64,000 bases of DNA from Macrostomum lignano (Eukaryota), in assembly GCA_002269645.1 (NCBI GenBank), contig NIVC01000700.1:1-64000 (forward strand), in the 5' to 3' direction. Below, piece after piece: positions 38,676 to 52,235 of this stretch. The position numbers were made by a program, and so were the translations under genes. Numbering within the stretch: position 1 is the stretch's first letter; the number at the start of each line of letters is the position of its first letter. Below the pieces are notes generated by a model. It was not told the origin of the DNA, searched no databases, and worked only from the letters and a program-made list of their open reading frames with translations.

Positions 38676-40588
38676 TGCAGAGTTGGTCTAGTTGCTGTGG
38701 GATATACAAATGGAGTCAATAAATCTTAAAATGAAAATAAAAAAATTCCTAAAAACTATAAAAAAGAAAATATTTAATATGATATTAATTTTAGATGTCT
38801 GCTTTTAAATGAATGTTTTATTTATAAAAATTAAAAAAGTGTTCTTTATAAAAAGACAACTAAAAAAGCAGGGACAATTATTTTTCACTGTTTAAATAGT
38901 TAAAACAATTAACTAATTATTAATAGTCTCATTAATTTATCCTAAAGAATTTTACTATAAATTTTTCTATCCTTGTCAATTATAATTGGATATAGAGTAC
39001 ATTTATAAGTATTATATAAATCTATATTTTTTCCTAGGGTAAGTATCACCGCATCTGAGATTTTTCAACACCCTTTTCATTGCTAATATTAATAATATTC
39101 TTGTAACCATTCTAATTACAGTTTTAGGCTCTAAAAATAGAAATTCAAAGAAAATTATTATCTTATACAGTATATAGCTAGTTTCTTAGTATTTTTTAAA
39201 CTAATCAGCAGACATTAATATGTTCAAGAAAGAACTATAAAGCAGTACGAGTTAGCTGTGACTTTTAAGAATGTTTTAAATATTTATTTTTTGTCTTTTT
39301 GCTGTAGAGAACAATTCAGAACAAGAACAAAAGACAACATCAGTAATACCATTTTCGGCTGGATACGGAGATAAAAAATGAATGAAAATGGCATTAGTCT
39401 CAATCAAGAAACGAAAATGATGATGCCAGTTGCCAGGATTGAACTGCTTTCATAGAAATGCTAACTTTTCAATTAGTTTTCGAGTTTGTTGAGCAGACAA
39501 ACAAATTGAAAAAAATTACCTAGATAACTGTGTCGTAAGGAATAAGAATAGATACCATTCGGATAGCCTGACATTATTTGGCGAAGTAGATATGATTTTT
39601 ATTATTATAGTTGTACTTAAATAGTTGATAAAGAGTCCGTTAATTGCGTTAGTTATTAGTTCTGAAGTGAATTTTAGACGTGTATTTAATCTAATCTAGG
39701 ATACAAACATTAAAGTTAATCCGTAAATGTTTTTATTGAGATAAATGCAGTAAATTCAATTCCGCAAATACTCATCAACGTGACGGAAATGATAATGCTA
39801 GCTGTGACGGGACCTTTTGTCCGAGTTCGGTACTGACGGCTACAGCTAAATAAATGTGCCGAATATATTTAGCAAGTACCGATAAGATGCTACCGCCCCG
39901 ACGAAATAGTTACAGATACAAGATTTGAAGAAAGGAGCAGCGAGATTGAAGCGCAACACGTACAGCGTGGTAGGTCAGGCCTACGTACGTACATGTACAC
40001 CCGAATGAAACCGTTTTCTGCGTAGTGTACAGTGTAAATGCGTCATTCTTTTCCTGTATGAAAAGTAATGTTCCACTTAATCTAAACGCAGGCCGGCCCC
40101 GCCTTTTTTATTTTACTTTTTATTTATTTAAATGAGGTTATAGTTACCACCCGGTGTTAGCTAGCTAACCTTTTCCACCGGGGGTGTAACTCAATCCTCT
40201 CCCACCCGCTGTCTCATGAGAGTCTATAAAAGAGTCTGTGCTCGTCAAGCCCTTGCCAGACTCGTGTGGAATTCGCCCATGGCCAGAGTATAGAGTGGAA
40301 TACTCATAACCCAGACTGGTGGGAATGCCAACTCTCAGCACCCCGATCTTAAATTCCAATACCGGTGGTTCCCAACTGTAAGCCCGAATTATTCAAATCC
40401 CGACCAGCTCCCTTGCCGACTATAGCCAGTGTGCTTGATTATTTTAGCTCTACGTGAAATTAACACCCAGAAAAACTTTTAGCGAAACGAATTATCATCT
40501 AGCGTACATACCTTAAGCGCTATTTAAATAAATCAAGTGGTGCCCAAAGACTTCGTGACCTCAGACTGCATTTTCTTGGTTTAAGGTC

Positions 40589-40795
40589 CCCGGCTGCCGG
40601 CGCCCTCCGCAGGGCCTTGCTCGGACTCACCGCAGGGGACATCAGGGCGGTGACTATGGCCCTCTCAGAGCATGGCTGTTTTGCCAGGCATTGTCATCCT
40701 CAGGAGAAATCCGCAGTGAGAAATGCCCTTTCTGTGTCTCCGGTGTTGAGAAGTGGAGCACTTTGTCGGTGACTCCCGCCTTTGTACACGCATAT
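40589..40795 (+). pseudogene. 3' relic of a non-LTR retrotransposon ORF2 (C-terminal Cys/His region)
   Basis: Translates as RALLGLTAGDIRAVTMALSEHGCFARH, then after frameshifts KCPFC...VEHFVGD. This resembles the GH...C-x2-C...EH...C tail of non-LTR ORF2 proteins; recognised from recall only. Confidence 0.5.
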
Positions 40796-41582
40796 GCAAC
40801 ACGCATCTGATATTGTGTATGTATTCCTTTTGTGTTATTGTGTGCCTAAGCTTCTATGCAGTCTAATAAGGACTTAATTATAAAATATACCTTACCTTAT
40901 TTGCCATTGAAATATTAGAATCTTTACTTATTAGCAACAAAAGATAGGGCTTTATTGTACATTTACAAAAGCTATTGTAGCTATTGGTAGCTACTGGTAT
41001 GTAGCGTTGACCTATTGCCGAAGAATTGCCATACTGATTGCTTTGCAGCTGGCCCGGCGTACATACAGGAATTTTCGCACATCAGTAGATCAAGTTGACG
41101 GATTATTTTAAAAAATTATACTATACATGGATTTTAGATACGTGCTAGTCTTTGTTATGACTTAATTAAAGATAAATTTGTTCAAAAGTGGCACTTTTTT
41201 CAATATATTTTTACATATTTAGAAAGTTTATAAAATATTTTCAGCAAAGGGGAAATTGTACCAAACATTTCTGTAAAAACCAACGAGATGATCTGTGCTA
41301 TGCACAAGTACGAGTAGTATGCGTGAATTGTAACTGAGTGATAGAAATCTACATTAAAATAATCAATTTTCATGCATAGACGCAGTTTAACTCATCATGC
41401 ATAGGACAGAGACAAGGAGCTAGAATAACAGATAAAACAAAAAAGGGATGAAAAATGTAAAAAATATGTACTTATTTATACATCTTTTTCGTCGTATTTC
41501 CTTAAAGTTTAGGACATTTTAGTTCCATCACCAAAAGTGCACATCAAAAGATCGAAATCAAGCAGGGTGGTGTAATTTAAGT

Positions 41583-42762
41583 TCAGCAGATTTTGGGCAG
41601 CATGCTTTCCATTTTCTTCATATCTGCCAGGCCCTTGGAACCGAGCTTATAAACTCGTTTTTTTGATCCTTTACCGGTGTCCAGGTACTCAAAATAGTCC
41701 TTGTGTTTCTCGCGACCAACTCTGCAATGCGAAGAAAGTAGGCTTATGCGAACACGAGAGACTTAAGTGGCAGGAACAATCTGGTAATTCACTGTAATAC
41801 GCACCTCATCGCACGAGCAAACGTGTCATACGTGCTTCTCCTATTTTCCTTCACAATCTGCCACACAGTACCCATTGTTTTCGTGTCTTTAGCCAGGAAA
41901 TGATTCGTTCTTCTGTTGCTTGGCTTCCCGTTTTTGTCGCAGAATACCAGAATGTTGTCAAGGTGGTACCTCATCTCACTGTGATGCTCTGTTGATAGCA
42001 ATATAAAGAGGACTACCTGATGCACCTGAAGCTTTCCATTAGAATAATTTTCATTGACTTCTTTGTCATAGCGAGCTGTAATTGAAATGCAAATGCGCGC
42101 ATGAAGTGAATAGTAGGGGATTTACAATTATTTACGTCCGAGTTGCAGACAGAAGTGAACTTGTAACGCCCAAACTTACCCAAGCACTCTTTCATGTACT
42201 CCACTTTAACTTTAACATCGTGGAAACGTTCTGAAGAAGATGTATCAGCTGTCGTTGACGTTGTCGATGGTTGTTGCTCCTGGTTCTCTAGCCAGGAATT
42301 CTTGCACTCTTCTTTTGTCGAGTCCTCCTGCTGGGCTGTCATTTGAACGGCTGGCGATTCTGTGATTACCGGAGGGCATTCGGGAGAAGTAGTGGTAGAC
42401 GGATCGGGTTCCGTTTCGACAGAAACCAATGCGTCACCCAGAGCGTCTGACTGCGCTACCTGGCGCTTCAAAGTTACGTCACACACAGTTGAGACCTGCG
42501 TCTGCTGCAGCTGGAGAAAACCGTCTTCAATACTCTGAAATTGGTTTGTTCGAGTTTAAAATTGGAGATAAAAGTCAAGAAAGTGGTATATGAATAATGA
42601 ACGCCTATTCAAATGAGTCATTTTATCGTACCATGATTTCCACGTCACCAACAGGCTCAGTAAAGAGTTCGATCATCAGTTCTTGAAATTCATCATCCCC
42701 GGATGGTGTCGAGTCAAACAGAGGGGTCACGTCACTAAACTGCGTGAAGGTTTTACGCTGAT
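41583..42762 (-). CDS. Divergent ETS-domain transcription factor (5' end uncertain)
   Basis: Exons 42762-42632, 42534-42180, 42075-41805 and 41721-41583 splice GT-AG in consistent phase. The C-terminal region reads GKLQVHQVVLFILL...DNILVF...TNHFLAKDTKTMGTVWQIVKENRRSTYDTFARAMR-RVGREKHKDYFEYL...KKRVYKLG, collinear with the ETS consensus (GxIQLWQFL..LL, I.W, F......A..WG..K, M.Y..LSRALR, ..LVYKF). An acidic/Ser-Thr-rich region precedes it. No in-phase upstream exon or start codon was resolved. Confidence 0.72.
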
Positions 42763-43149
42763 CTAAAAATAGAAACACGAAAGGAGCTTAGGAGGATTGG
42801 CGTTCAATTTGTATAGGACGTACATGGTGCGCTCCAAAGCTGGGTACAAGATCACTAAGGATGCTTATTTGAAGTGGCTGCATGCTGCTGCAGTCAATGG
42901 GGATTTGTAACTTAACTTCACACAGAACTACACCATCGACAATCGACCATCAGCCAATCAAATGGATAATTCCAAGCAGCACTCTTCAGCGTTAACAGTT
43001 GTTAACGCGCGTCCAGTTATTAACTAAGCGTTGTACTCGTAAAACTAATCATCGGCTAGTTCGTTTTCGGTAATTTTTTCGTCAATATTTTCGACTTCGC
43101 TCAGTGTCCGACACTGAGCCAACTAATACAATAACATTTTCTGATGACT

Positions 43150-43510
43150 ACGCTTGTACAGTATTCCTGCCAAATCAGTTTGCTAACTTCTCAAGTATCA
43201 ATTAAGGAGCTTAAACTGACCATTTGTGAGAAACAATACACACTTTTCAGAAGTTATAGTTTGAACCTCGGGCTTTTATCTCTAAGGAAAGCCTCGCAAT
43301 CATCTTGTGAGCTAGTGTTAATAACTATCCAATCAATGAGCCTTGCGCTCCTGACCACGTACTTCATAAACAACTGAAGATAACAACGACTCACCAGCTT
43401 GATCCATTCAACCAGGACGGCTAGCTTTATTGAACAAGATATCAGAGTGCTACCTTGTTGTTGGAAGATTCTGCTTTTGCCGCATGCCGAAAACAGGGCA
43501 GCACCTTGTA
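43150..43510 (-). pseudogene. Possible highly decayed Ty3/Gypsy RT fragment
   Basis: Broken frames give FGM..., IFQQ, IVIN.SSQDD and TITSEKCVLF, resembling RT core motifs; many stops and frameshifts. Confidence 0.3.
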
Positions 43511-44569
43511 GCCGAGGCTTTAAATACTACTAAGCTCATTTCTATGGCACACGGTAGTACCGTGGCGTCGCCCATGCTTTAACTGCCTATCTGAGAACAT
43601 ACTGATGACGCCTATATCGACGGTTCAGCCAAGGAATTCCCTCAGCAGTTTGAAATCTGCTTGGATTTTCCAAGCCAAGCCCAGAGGGTACAACCTAGTA
43701 GCTAAAAATAGCAATGACAGCCGTGCGGGGGTGGGCGCTGGGTGGGTAAGGAGCTGGGTGGGTGAGGCGCTGGGACAGCGAACACTCTTGGGTCTATTTT
43801 TAGCATTTACGCAAATGACCTTTCCATCCAGAGGCAATCCCTCTGAAAATAAGGCCGCTTGTAAAATGTATTTTGATTATAAGGTACAACCCTGATCACC
43901 AAAATGTCAAACTCATTGGTGACAACAGAGACAAAAATAAACCGGGAAAATGGTAATAATTTTCGTTTCACGCTCGCTTTTTGCTATTCATTTCTCGACT
44001 CGCTGTGCTCGACTGCTCAGAGCTTGTTACACTATATGGCCTGATGCAACTGTTAATTCTATTGGTTCTTGATGAGTCTAGACTCTTCATTCCCAGCATG
44101 AAGCTTCTCGCTAAAAAATCTTTAGCGAGTAAGCAAGCGTCAGTTTTTAGGAACTAAAAAATTGACTATTGTTGTCTTCTGAACAGCCGCAAGCAATAAT
44201 ATACGCTGTCAGTAGGTCTTACAACGGAAGCTGCGTCACGGGGCTTTGGCGCAAAAGCAGGCCACCTCGCAGACCAAATCTGCGACGCCGGCGTCAGCCA
44301 AATGCGCGCCTTTCCTCACCTGTTGAGTTGGCCGATCGCCTGGCCAAGGTAATCGGCTCGACCGGGTCTTTTTCTGGTCCCCTGCCTGTGCCCCCCCCCC
44401 CCTGCTCCCACCGCCGTTGTCACCACTCAGATCAACCAGTGGATTGCATCTGAGCATAGGGAGACGTCGCTAACGCCCTGACTGCCGGAAACCCGCGCCG
44501 CTGTCCCCGCCCTCCCCCTCGCATGAACCTGATTGGGCTCAATTCCTCTCGGGTCAGGGAAACCGAGAA

Positions 44570-44790
44570 TAGACCGCCACAATTCGACCGCCACAAATTG
44601 ACTGCCACAAATTGACCGCCATAAACTGACCGCCACAATTCGACCGCCACAAATTGACTGCCACAAACTGACCGCCACAATTTGACCGCCACAAACTGAC
44701 TGCCACAATTTGACCACCTCAATTTGACCGCCACAATTTGACCGGCACAATGTGACTGCAACAATTTAACCGCAACAATTTGACCTTAAT
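44570..44790. repeat. 14-bp tandem repeat (AATTTGACCGCCAC), copy 1
   Basis: Read directly. Confidence 0.92.
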
Positions 44791-45315
44791 TTGAAATCTT
44801 AAATCCCCTGCAATGTCTAGACTTTAAATGAAAACAGTAGTAAGACGTCTAATCACAACGCATTTAATATGTATTTAAAAATACTTCATTTCTTTTTTAG
44901 ATACAAAAAAACTTCATCTCTAAACAAAATTTCAAACACAACGAAACAAAGATGACCAAATTTACACGAATAATGAAGAAATGAATAAAAATTACGAAAA
45001 CAAACTGCGAAAACTTCGAAAAAGGTATGTTAGACGATAACTGAAAAAGTCTAAAGTCTAAGTCTAAACTATTAATACTAACAAATCGACAAATGGGGTT
45101 TAAGCTACTAGGATTTTACTTTTGTCTGGGATAAACATGTATATTTGCGATTCAAAGAATGATAAATACTAGAAAGAGAAATATAAACTTTAAGCTTAAA
45201 AAACTATTGTTGTGATTAATCAAACGTGACAATTGTGATAATCAAATCAAATTGTTTTGCTTTTTAACCAAACATAACATTAATACGCAGTCTAAGCAAA
45301 CTTCATTTCTACCAA

Positions 45316-45865
45316 TGACTCATTGTCCAGAGCTCTGTACTCTATGATCATTATGTTCACACCTATGACTCATTGTCCACAGCTCTGTACTCTTTGATCA
45401 TTATGTTCACACATATGATTCATTGTCCACAGCTCTGTACTCTACGATCATTATGTTCACACCTATGACTCATTGTCCAAAGCTCTGTACTCTACGATCA
45501 TTATGTTCACACCTATGACTCATTGTCCAAAGCTATGTACTCTACGATCATTATGTTCACACCTATGACTCATTGTCCAAAGCTCTGTACTCTACGATCA
45601 TTATGTTCACACCTATGACTCATTGTCCACAGCTCTGTACTCTACGATCATTACGTTCACACCTTTGACTCATTGTCCAAAGCTATGTACTCTACGATCA
45701 TTATGTTCACACCTATGACTCATTGTCCAAAGCTCTGTACTCTACGATCATTATGTTCATACCTATGACTCATTGTCCAGAGCTCTGTACTCTACGATCA
45801 ATATGTTCACACCTATGACTCATTGTCCACAGCTCTGTACTCTATGATCATTATCTTCACAGCTT
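45316..45865. repeat. 50-bp tandem array derived from the 3' end of the adjacent ORF, 11 units
   Basis: Unit TGACTCATTGTCCAAAGCTCTGTACTCTACGATCATTATGTTCACACCTA; unit starts at 45316 to 45816 in 50-bp steps; the last unit is coding. Confidence 0.97.
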
Positions 45866-47274
45866 CGCAGAGCTCGACTGCGCTGTCGGCCAGAGACCTG
45901 ACGGAGTCCACCAAACCTGTCAGCTGTTTCTGGGCGTCCTCAGACACTTCAGCTTTCTGAGTGGAGAGCTTCAGCGCTTCTGAATGATCTGGGTACTGGT
46001 TCTGACGTGAGAGAGACAGTGCTGCATCCGCTTTGGAATTTGCATATGGAGTTCCTGCTTTAATAAATTCAACCTCCAGTTTTCGATCTTCTTTCAGCTT
46101 GGCCTGCCTGATACGGGCATCTCCGTTTACTTCGTTAAGCAGCTTATTCGCCTCGCCTTCAAATGTTTCGAGTCCGTCCCGGAAATTTCCTATTGCCTCC
46201 GACAGCCTGACCAAGCTGCTGCATATCTCTGATAGAATTACTTGCTTCTTTTCGTTTTTTGCTTTCCGTAGTTTCTTCAAGCTCTTCTTCACCTTCTTGA
46301 CGAGAGTCTTCGATTTAAGAGTGGTTCTTGGTAGCAGCGGCACTCTCTCGGCCTCAGTTGTCAGCGCAGATAGCTTGTCCTTGTACCCGTATTTTGGAGA
46401 CTTTTTTGTTAGCAGCTTGATTTTTTCCTGGATAGCTTTTGTCCGATCTCGAAAATAGTCTGTGTTGGAGGACTTCAGAGTTGCCAGGGCGCAGGCCTCG
46501 CACAAGAAGCAGGTTCCGACAGAATGAATCGAAGGTCGAGCCGCTGACAGTTGGCTATCTTGACTCTCTTGACCCCCTTGACTCTCTTGACCCCAACCAG
46601 AACAGATGCCACACTCCTTATTCCACATATTGGTTGTCCTCTTCGACCTTCGTACGATCAAATCCTGGTACAGCACGGCAATGCGCTTGCTTCCGAAGTC
46701 CACACACCTGGCATCATCAAGCGTTCTCACTGGTATCTTTTTGAAGTAGCCGACCATCTGACGAATGTTGCGGACAGGACTATCGATCTCAGATGCTTCC
46801 CTGCCTGCCTGCCCGGTGGAAGCACGCAGCTTTCTCAGTTCGTCCTCGCTTACCTTTGAGTTCTCGAGGCGAGAATCCAAGTCACCGATAGAGTCACAAA
46901 TCTTAAGACAAACCTTGACGAGTTCATCCAGGACCGGAGCCAGCTTCTTGCCGCAGAATGTGAGCTGTGAAGCCTTTTTATTTACACCTGAACAGAGATC
47001 TTTTGCTTCTTTGTGGAGCGCTCTGTCCTTCCGTTCGGCAACTATTCGAAGTTCGAACAGCTTTTTGCATGTCGTCTGGGCAAGACAAATAAGGTCTACG
47101 AATGGAAGGATTTCCTTAACTTTAAAATCGTTTTGGATTGATCTTTTTCGTCTCCGTGTCCACCGATTGAATCGAGCGCCACAATTCTTCATTCTTCAGG
47201 CATTTCACGAGCTTTAGCACGTTAGAAAGGCATTTGAATTCGGCTGACTTTTGTTTAGAAACGAAGCCTCCCAT
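45813..47274 (-). pseudogene. Orphan coiled-coil/Cys-His protein, copy 1, with a +1 frameshift near 47130
   Basis: ATG GGA GGC TTC GTT TCT AAA at 47274 matches the start of copy 2. AATCCAAAACGATTTT versus AATCCAAAAGATTTT in copy 2 shifts the frame. The remainder to TAG at 45813 is open. There is an 18-bp insertion (GQESQG) relative to copy 2. The frameshift could be a sequencing error. Confidence 0.8.
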
Positions 47275-48771
47275 GGAGTCTGCGGCAGTCGGGAATCTAG
47301 AAAATGGTGCAATGCAATCTCGAAATTTTTTTTTCTGGCCTTATTATTTTTTCTTCAAGCGGATATATAGATTCGCTTACACTATTCGCGAACACAACCT
47401 CCTGCCACGCGCAGCCTCTCTATCCAGCCCTCAAGTATTTCGACACTTTACAATATGAATCCCCGTCCGCTCAAAGTTGGTGTCTCTTTCTCAAGCTCTC
47501 TCTCTACATTCTCTCTTTTGTCTTCTCTCCCCTCTTCTCTCTCTTCTGCCGAAAAAAAAACTGCGCAAAAACACTGCCTGCTCAGCTGCAATAAAATACA
47601 CCCCGCCGGTGGATCGCTTGGCGCGCACCTAACCAACACAAAACAGAACGTACACACGCGGTGGGGGGGGGGGCGCACAGACGTAGGCCCAAGGCCCAAG
47701 AAGGCCTGCCTTAACACCCACGGGACGAGTACCCTTCGAAGTGCGTCTTGCAAGGTGAAAAGCATTAGACAGAGTCTCTTGAGCTATCAGCCCGCCAGGG
47801 GAGGCAGGTGTGAGCATCGCTGGCTGGGATAAGGGCCATACCAGTCTCATACTGCACAGATAGTTCACCACGCCATTGTGTGCACGACCCGAATTTCCTG
47901 GGGGCAGCAGCCCCGGCAGTAATTTGCCACATGACCCTTGACATCTTAGCAATTAGAGTAATTTTTGGTTGACACGACGAGTGTTGTATGGTTGAACCCT
48001 AACCCTTAACCCGCAGCCAAGTTACAGCATTTCAGCAATCCCCTCAGCCCAAAAAAATTATAAATTCCCCTATGAGCATTCCATATGAGCTTGAAAATCT
48101 AGCGACTTACCTTTTGATGTCTTGGAAATTCCACATGAGTCTTATGGATGAACCCTAACCCTGTCGAGTCACAGAATTTCAGCTCCCCCATGAGGCACAG
48201 CATTAACCAATTATGAACCTTGATATTTTGTGAATTTTTTCTCTGCATAATAATTCCAGCAATTCCCTTATGAGCCTTTGAAATCTCAGCTATTCCCTCG
48301 TGAGTCTTAGCGTCTCAACCATAACGCAAGAGCCACAGCTAACATCGTAACAGTGATCACCACATGAGCTTTCACACAGGCAATTTACCATGAGCCGTGA
48401 GCCACATGGGATATCTTTTCAGATATCCTCCCATGAGCCTTGACATCTTATGATCTTAGCAATTTCCAAATGAGTCTATTACATGCATGTTTGTCAGGCC
48501 AATTCTTTTATGGTTTAACCCTTACCCCTACCCTAACAATTCCTCCAACAGCCACAGCATTCCAGTAGCCACATCATTATAGCAATTCCCCCTGGGGCTT
48601 GAAATCTCAGAAATTCTCCCATGAGAATCTCTCATGTAATCAACAACCTGCAGTAATCCTTAGAAGCACTTAGTTGCCTCCAGAAATATGGTCTGGAGGC
48701 GAGGAACTCTTTCTGCACATCTCACATCTTTACATTCTATGATATGATCCTCCAAACGATATGATCTATAT

Positions 48772-49735
48772 GGTCTGGGGGAACTACCTTAGCAGTTTGC
48801 AGTTTTTCCCTTTGCAGTCTGCAATGATCCTTTCGACAATCTGCAGTTCTCCTGTCGGCCGGCTCCTCAGTCTCCTGCTTAGTAAACTACAATGATCTTT
48901 TCAACAATCTAAAAATTTGTTCACAAAAATTTGCTCACAATTTAGTAAGATTCATTCACTAATCAATTTTCGATACTTATCAACAGTCTTTTGCACAAAT
49001 CAGCATTATGCAATGCCTTCATCCCTAATAAATAGCAAGCATCCCCCAAAAGCAAGAAACCGCAGCATCACCCCCGTCAGCCTTGTAATCTCAACGATCC
49101 CCCTATAAGCCTTGAAACCTTAATTCAAGCAATTCTTCCAGTAAGCCATATGATATATCAGCAATTCCCCGTGAGCCTTGAAATCTCAGAAATTCACCAA
49201 AAAAGTCATGACATCTCAGCAATTCCTGATATATCCCCACAACAACCTTAAATTATCCCTTCAAATCCCACAAAACAGACTGCATTTATCCTTCAGTGGC
49301 CTAGAACTGTCCCATCAGCAAACCACAAAAATTCACTCAGCAGTCCACAGTAATCCCCTAAAAAACCTGCACCTAATCCACCAGTAATCATCCAGTCAAA
49401 ACTGCAGTTTTGAAACTGATGTAACTGATGAAGAGTTGTCTTCCTCAGAGGTCCACCAATCCTCCAAGCAGTCCCCTCAGCAATTTGCAGCTATACGCTT
49501 ATAAGTCGGGGGGAACTACCTCAGCAGTTTTCAGTTTGTCCCCTTTGCAGTTGCATGAATGATCCTTTCGACAATCTACAGTTCCCCTCAGCAGTCTTCA
49601 GTTCTCTTCCCGGCCGGCTCCTCAGTATCCTCAGCAAACTGAAATAAAGGATCCTTTCAGGAATCTAGTTTTTTTCTCAGCATTTATTACGGTTAACTAA
49701 CCGATTTTCGATACATATCGGCAGTTTTTTACAAC
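48772..49735. repeat. Diverged direct repeat pair of about 200 bp (48772-48985 and 49504-49735) within a degenerate CAGCAATTCCCC...GAGCCTTGAAATCT-type repeat region
   Basis: Shared GGGGGAACTACCT.AGCAGTTT.CAGTTT...GATCCTTTCGACAATCT...CGGCCGGCTCCTCAGT. Confidence 0.65.
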
Positions 49736-49793
49736 TACAACTCAGCCTTCATTTTAGCAATAACTTCAGCACCTTAGCAATTTAATACTTTCG

Positions 49794-52235
49794 TGTAGCT
49801 AGGGCAATACCTATTGATGCGATGAGTAATACTCGAAGCAGTTTTTTACAAATCAAATTTGCTTAGTGACTCATAAATCCCGCGTTGTCAAAGTCAACTT
49901 GCTTTAATACCAGACTCCCCTCGTTTTCAAACTTAAAGCTTTTGCCCGGCTCTGATGAGTATTCATCTGAGACTATCATACATGAATTCTTTCCTGCACA
50001 ACTAGTTCATGCTACGGTCACAACAATGGCGTTGCAACACCTTGGACCTTTAAATCTAACTGAACCTGAACTGAACTGACTTGGCTGACAGCATTTCGTG
50101 CGCTTGCCCGAGCAAAACAATGGCAAGATAATGAAGATGGAAAACGGATCGCGGACAATTTCATCGCTATTTGTGGCCTACCAGCCCTCGAGAAGCTCAC
50201 AGCTCTGCTTGCTCCAAAAGCTATCGAGACATAAACATTTGACGCAATACAAGAGGCCATCACAGCTTACCTGCAGCCTAACACCCGAATTATGCTAGCG
50301 GAGCGCACAAAATTCTACTTTCTGCGACAGAATGAAGGCTAAGTATTGCCGGACTTACTAACTAGACTACGTAAAGCTGCCAATCACTGCAGTTTTGATT
50401 CATTGAAGACGGCGGAGAGCCCTGAGGAAGAGATGATAAAGTTGGCTCTGATTGCTGGGATACGCTGCCCACGAACTCAGCAACGGGTACTCGAAGCATT
50501 CCAAATCAAAGAACTTCTGTCGGTTACGGACATCACAGACTTCGTCCGGCAGGCTGATCAAATGAAGGACTTCGTTACGAAGCAAGCAGCTGACGGGGTC
50601 AGCGTGACAATTGCGAACTCTGCTCATGAGTCATCCAAGGAGATTCATCACAACGACTCGGGACGCCCTAATGCCATCAAACGTGGCTGTGGCTACTGTG
50701 GAAGGTCGCATCCAGTGGGGAAATGTCCCGCCTATGGAAAAACATGCAGTAAGTGCACAAAGCCGAATCACTTTGCTAGTGTTTGTCGATCTTCTCGACC
50801 CAAGCAGACACATCATATGGAAGGCTCTATGACGCCTCGTGATGTGAAAGATCTTCACGTTGGTGAGATAAGCTCAGTTAACTCCGTCGACGCCAATATG
50901 GAGAACATCGTCATCGGCGAGGTCCGCGTTCCCATGCAGCTGGACACGGGAGCTGCAGTGACTGTCATCTCATCCACCATCTGGGAGTCTCTAAAGAGGC
51001 CACCGCTCCAAAAATGTCATCGCCACTTGCAGGCTTACGATGGTCACGATCTCAAGGTCCTCGGCACTCTCACGACTACCATAGACCGTGGCCGGCTACA
51101 TCCCGCTCAGCTGACCGTTGTCAAAGCTGAGAAGCAGTTTGGTCTGCTAAGCCGCGATCTTCTGCAATCTGACAGTCTCTTCAACGTGACTGAAGCCGCT
51201 CCCAAGGAGGACAAAACACTTTCGTTGATTACGAGCTAAGGGCGCTGAGGCGAAGATTTCACTCGTGGAAGGCGCTGCCCCAAAGTTCTGCCGAGCCCGT
51301 CTTGTGCCAATTGCTATGGAGTCTGTGGTAAACGCTGAGCTGGAGGGACTTCAACAACTGGGTGTGATCAAGCCTGTTGACGGCCCGGTAAGCAACTCCT
51401 CCCCGGTTGTATGGGTGAAGAAGAAGGACGGGTCACTCAGATAATTTGCGCTGATTACAGCGTACATGTGAATGCGAAAATTAAGTCTGAGGATTACCCT
51501 ATTCCTAGTGTAGAGCATCTCCTAGCCAAGTTGAAAAACGCAAAAGAGTTTGCCTCTGTTGATTTGCGATCTGTCTACTGGCAGATCAAGCTGGATGAGG
51601 CTGCGCAAGAGCTGTCAATCATAAACACTTCTAAAGGACTGTTCCGCGTAAAACGCTTGCAGATGGGTATGAAGAACGCGTCCTTTATTTTTCAACGCAC
51701 AATGGAACAGATTCTCTCCGACATGAAGGGCGTTTTGATCTACCAGGACGATGTGCTGGTTTTTGCTGAAAACTCTGACTCCCTGCACAAGCGCTTGCGC
51801 TCCGTGAAAACCAGGCTAGCCGAGAAACAAGTTACAATCAATGAAGCCAAGTGCGTTGAGGAGATCGATTAAATTTCTTTTCTTGGCTTCCAAATTTCCG
51901 CAGCCGGCATCAAGCCAGACAACCGACTTGTGGAGAAAATCAAACGCATTGCTGTCCCATTAGACAAAAAGGAGCTAGAGCATTTCATTGGCTTGGTAAA
52001 TTTCTTCGGCAGGCTCATCCCCAACTTTGCCGGCAAAGCGAAGCCGCTAAACGAGTTACGGCGGGACAACGTCGCGTTTGAGTGGACGGATGCCTGGAAT
52101 CGAGCGTTTGAAGCACTTAAGCAAGAGATTACGTCGCAGCCTGTGGTGCAACCTTATTCCTTGGAGAAGGAGGTCACCATCACAACTGACGCCTCAAAAG
52201 GCGCCCTTGCTGGTGTAGTGACTCGGAATGGCCAC
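49794..52235 (+). mobile_element. Decayed, 3'-truncated Ty3/Gypsy LTR retrotransposon (gag, protease, RT, partial RNase H)
   Basis: ORF 50346-51239 has tandem zinc knuckles (CGYCGRSH...C; CSKCTKPNHFASVC) and the protease motif LDTGA. About 51300-51872 has RT motifs (SPVVWV, DYPIP, VDLRSVYWQI, MGMKNAS.IFQR, YQDD). 51930-52232 has FIGLVNFF and RNase H TTDASKGALAGV, then breaks off; no integrase or 3' LTR. A tentative 5' LTR (TG...CA, 49794-50025) is followed by a PBS-like TGGCG at 50027; this boundary is low confidence. Confidence 0.9.

Larger units (their letters stand above)
44570..47325. repeat. Duplicated unit, copy 1 (14-bp AATTTGACCGCCAC array, about 500 bp AT-rich segment, 50-bp array, orphan ORF)
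   Basis: Collinear and highly similar to 52826-57970, for example the shared TTGAAATCTTAAATCCCCTGCAATGTCTAGAC segment at about 44790 and 53150. Confidence 0.95.

Noticed and set aside
40141-40190. Hairpin (GTTAC...CCGGTG TTAGCTAGCTAA ...CACCGG...GTAAC) as a Helitron end or ncRNA
   Set aside because: Isolated imperfect stem; no matching terminus or family features.
42800-42900. Candidate first exon of the ETS gene (MQPLQISIL...)
   Set aside because: Its best donor (CAT|GTACGT) is out of phase with the next exon, so the start was left unresolved.
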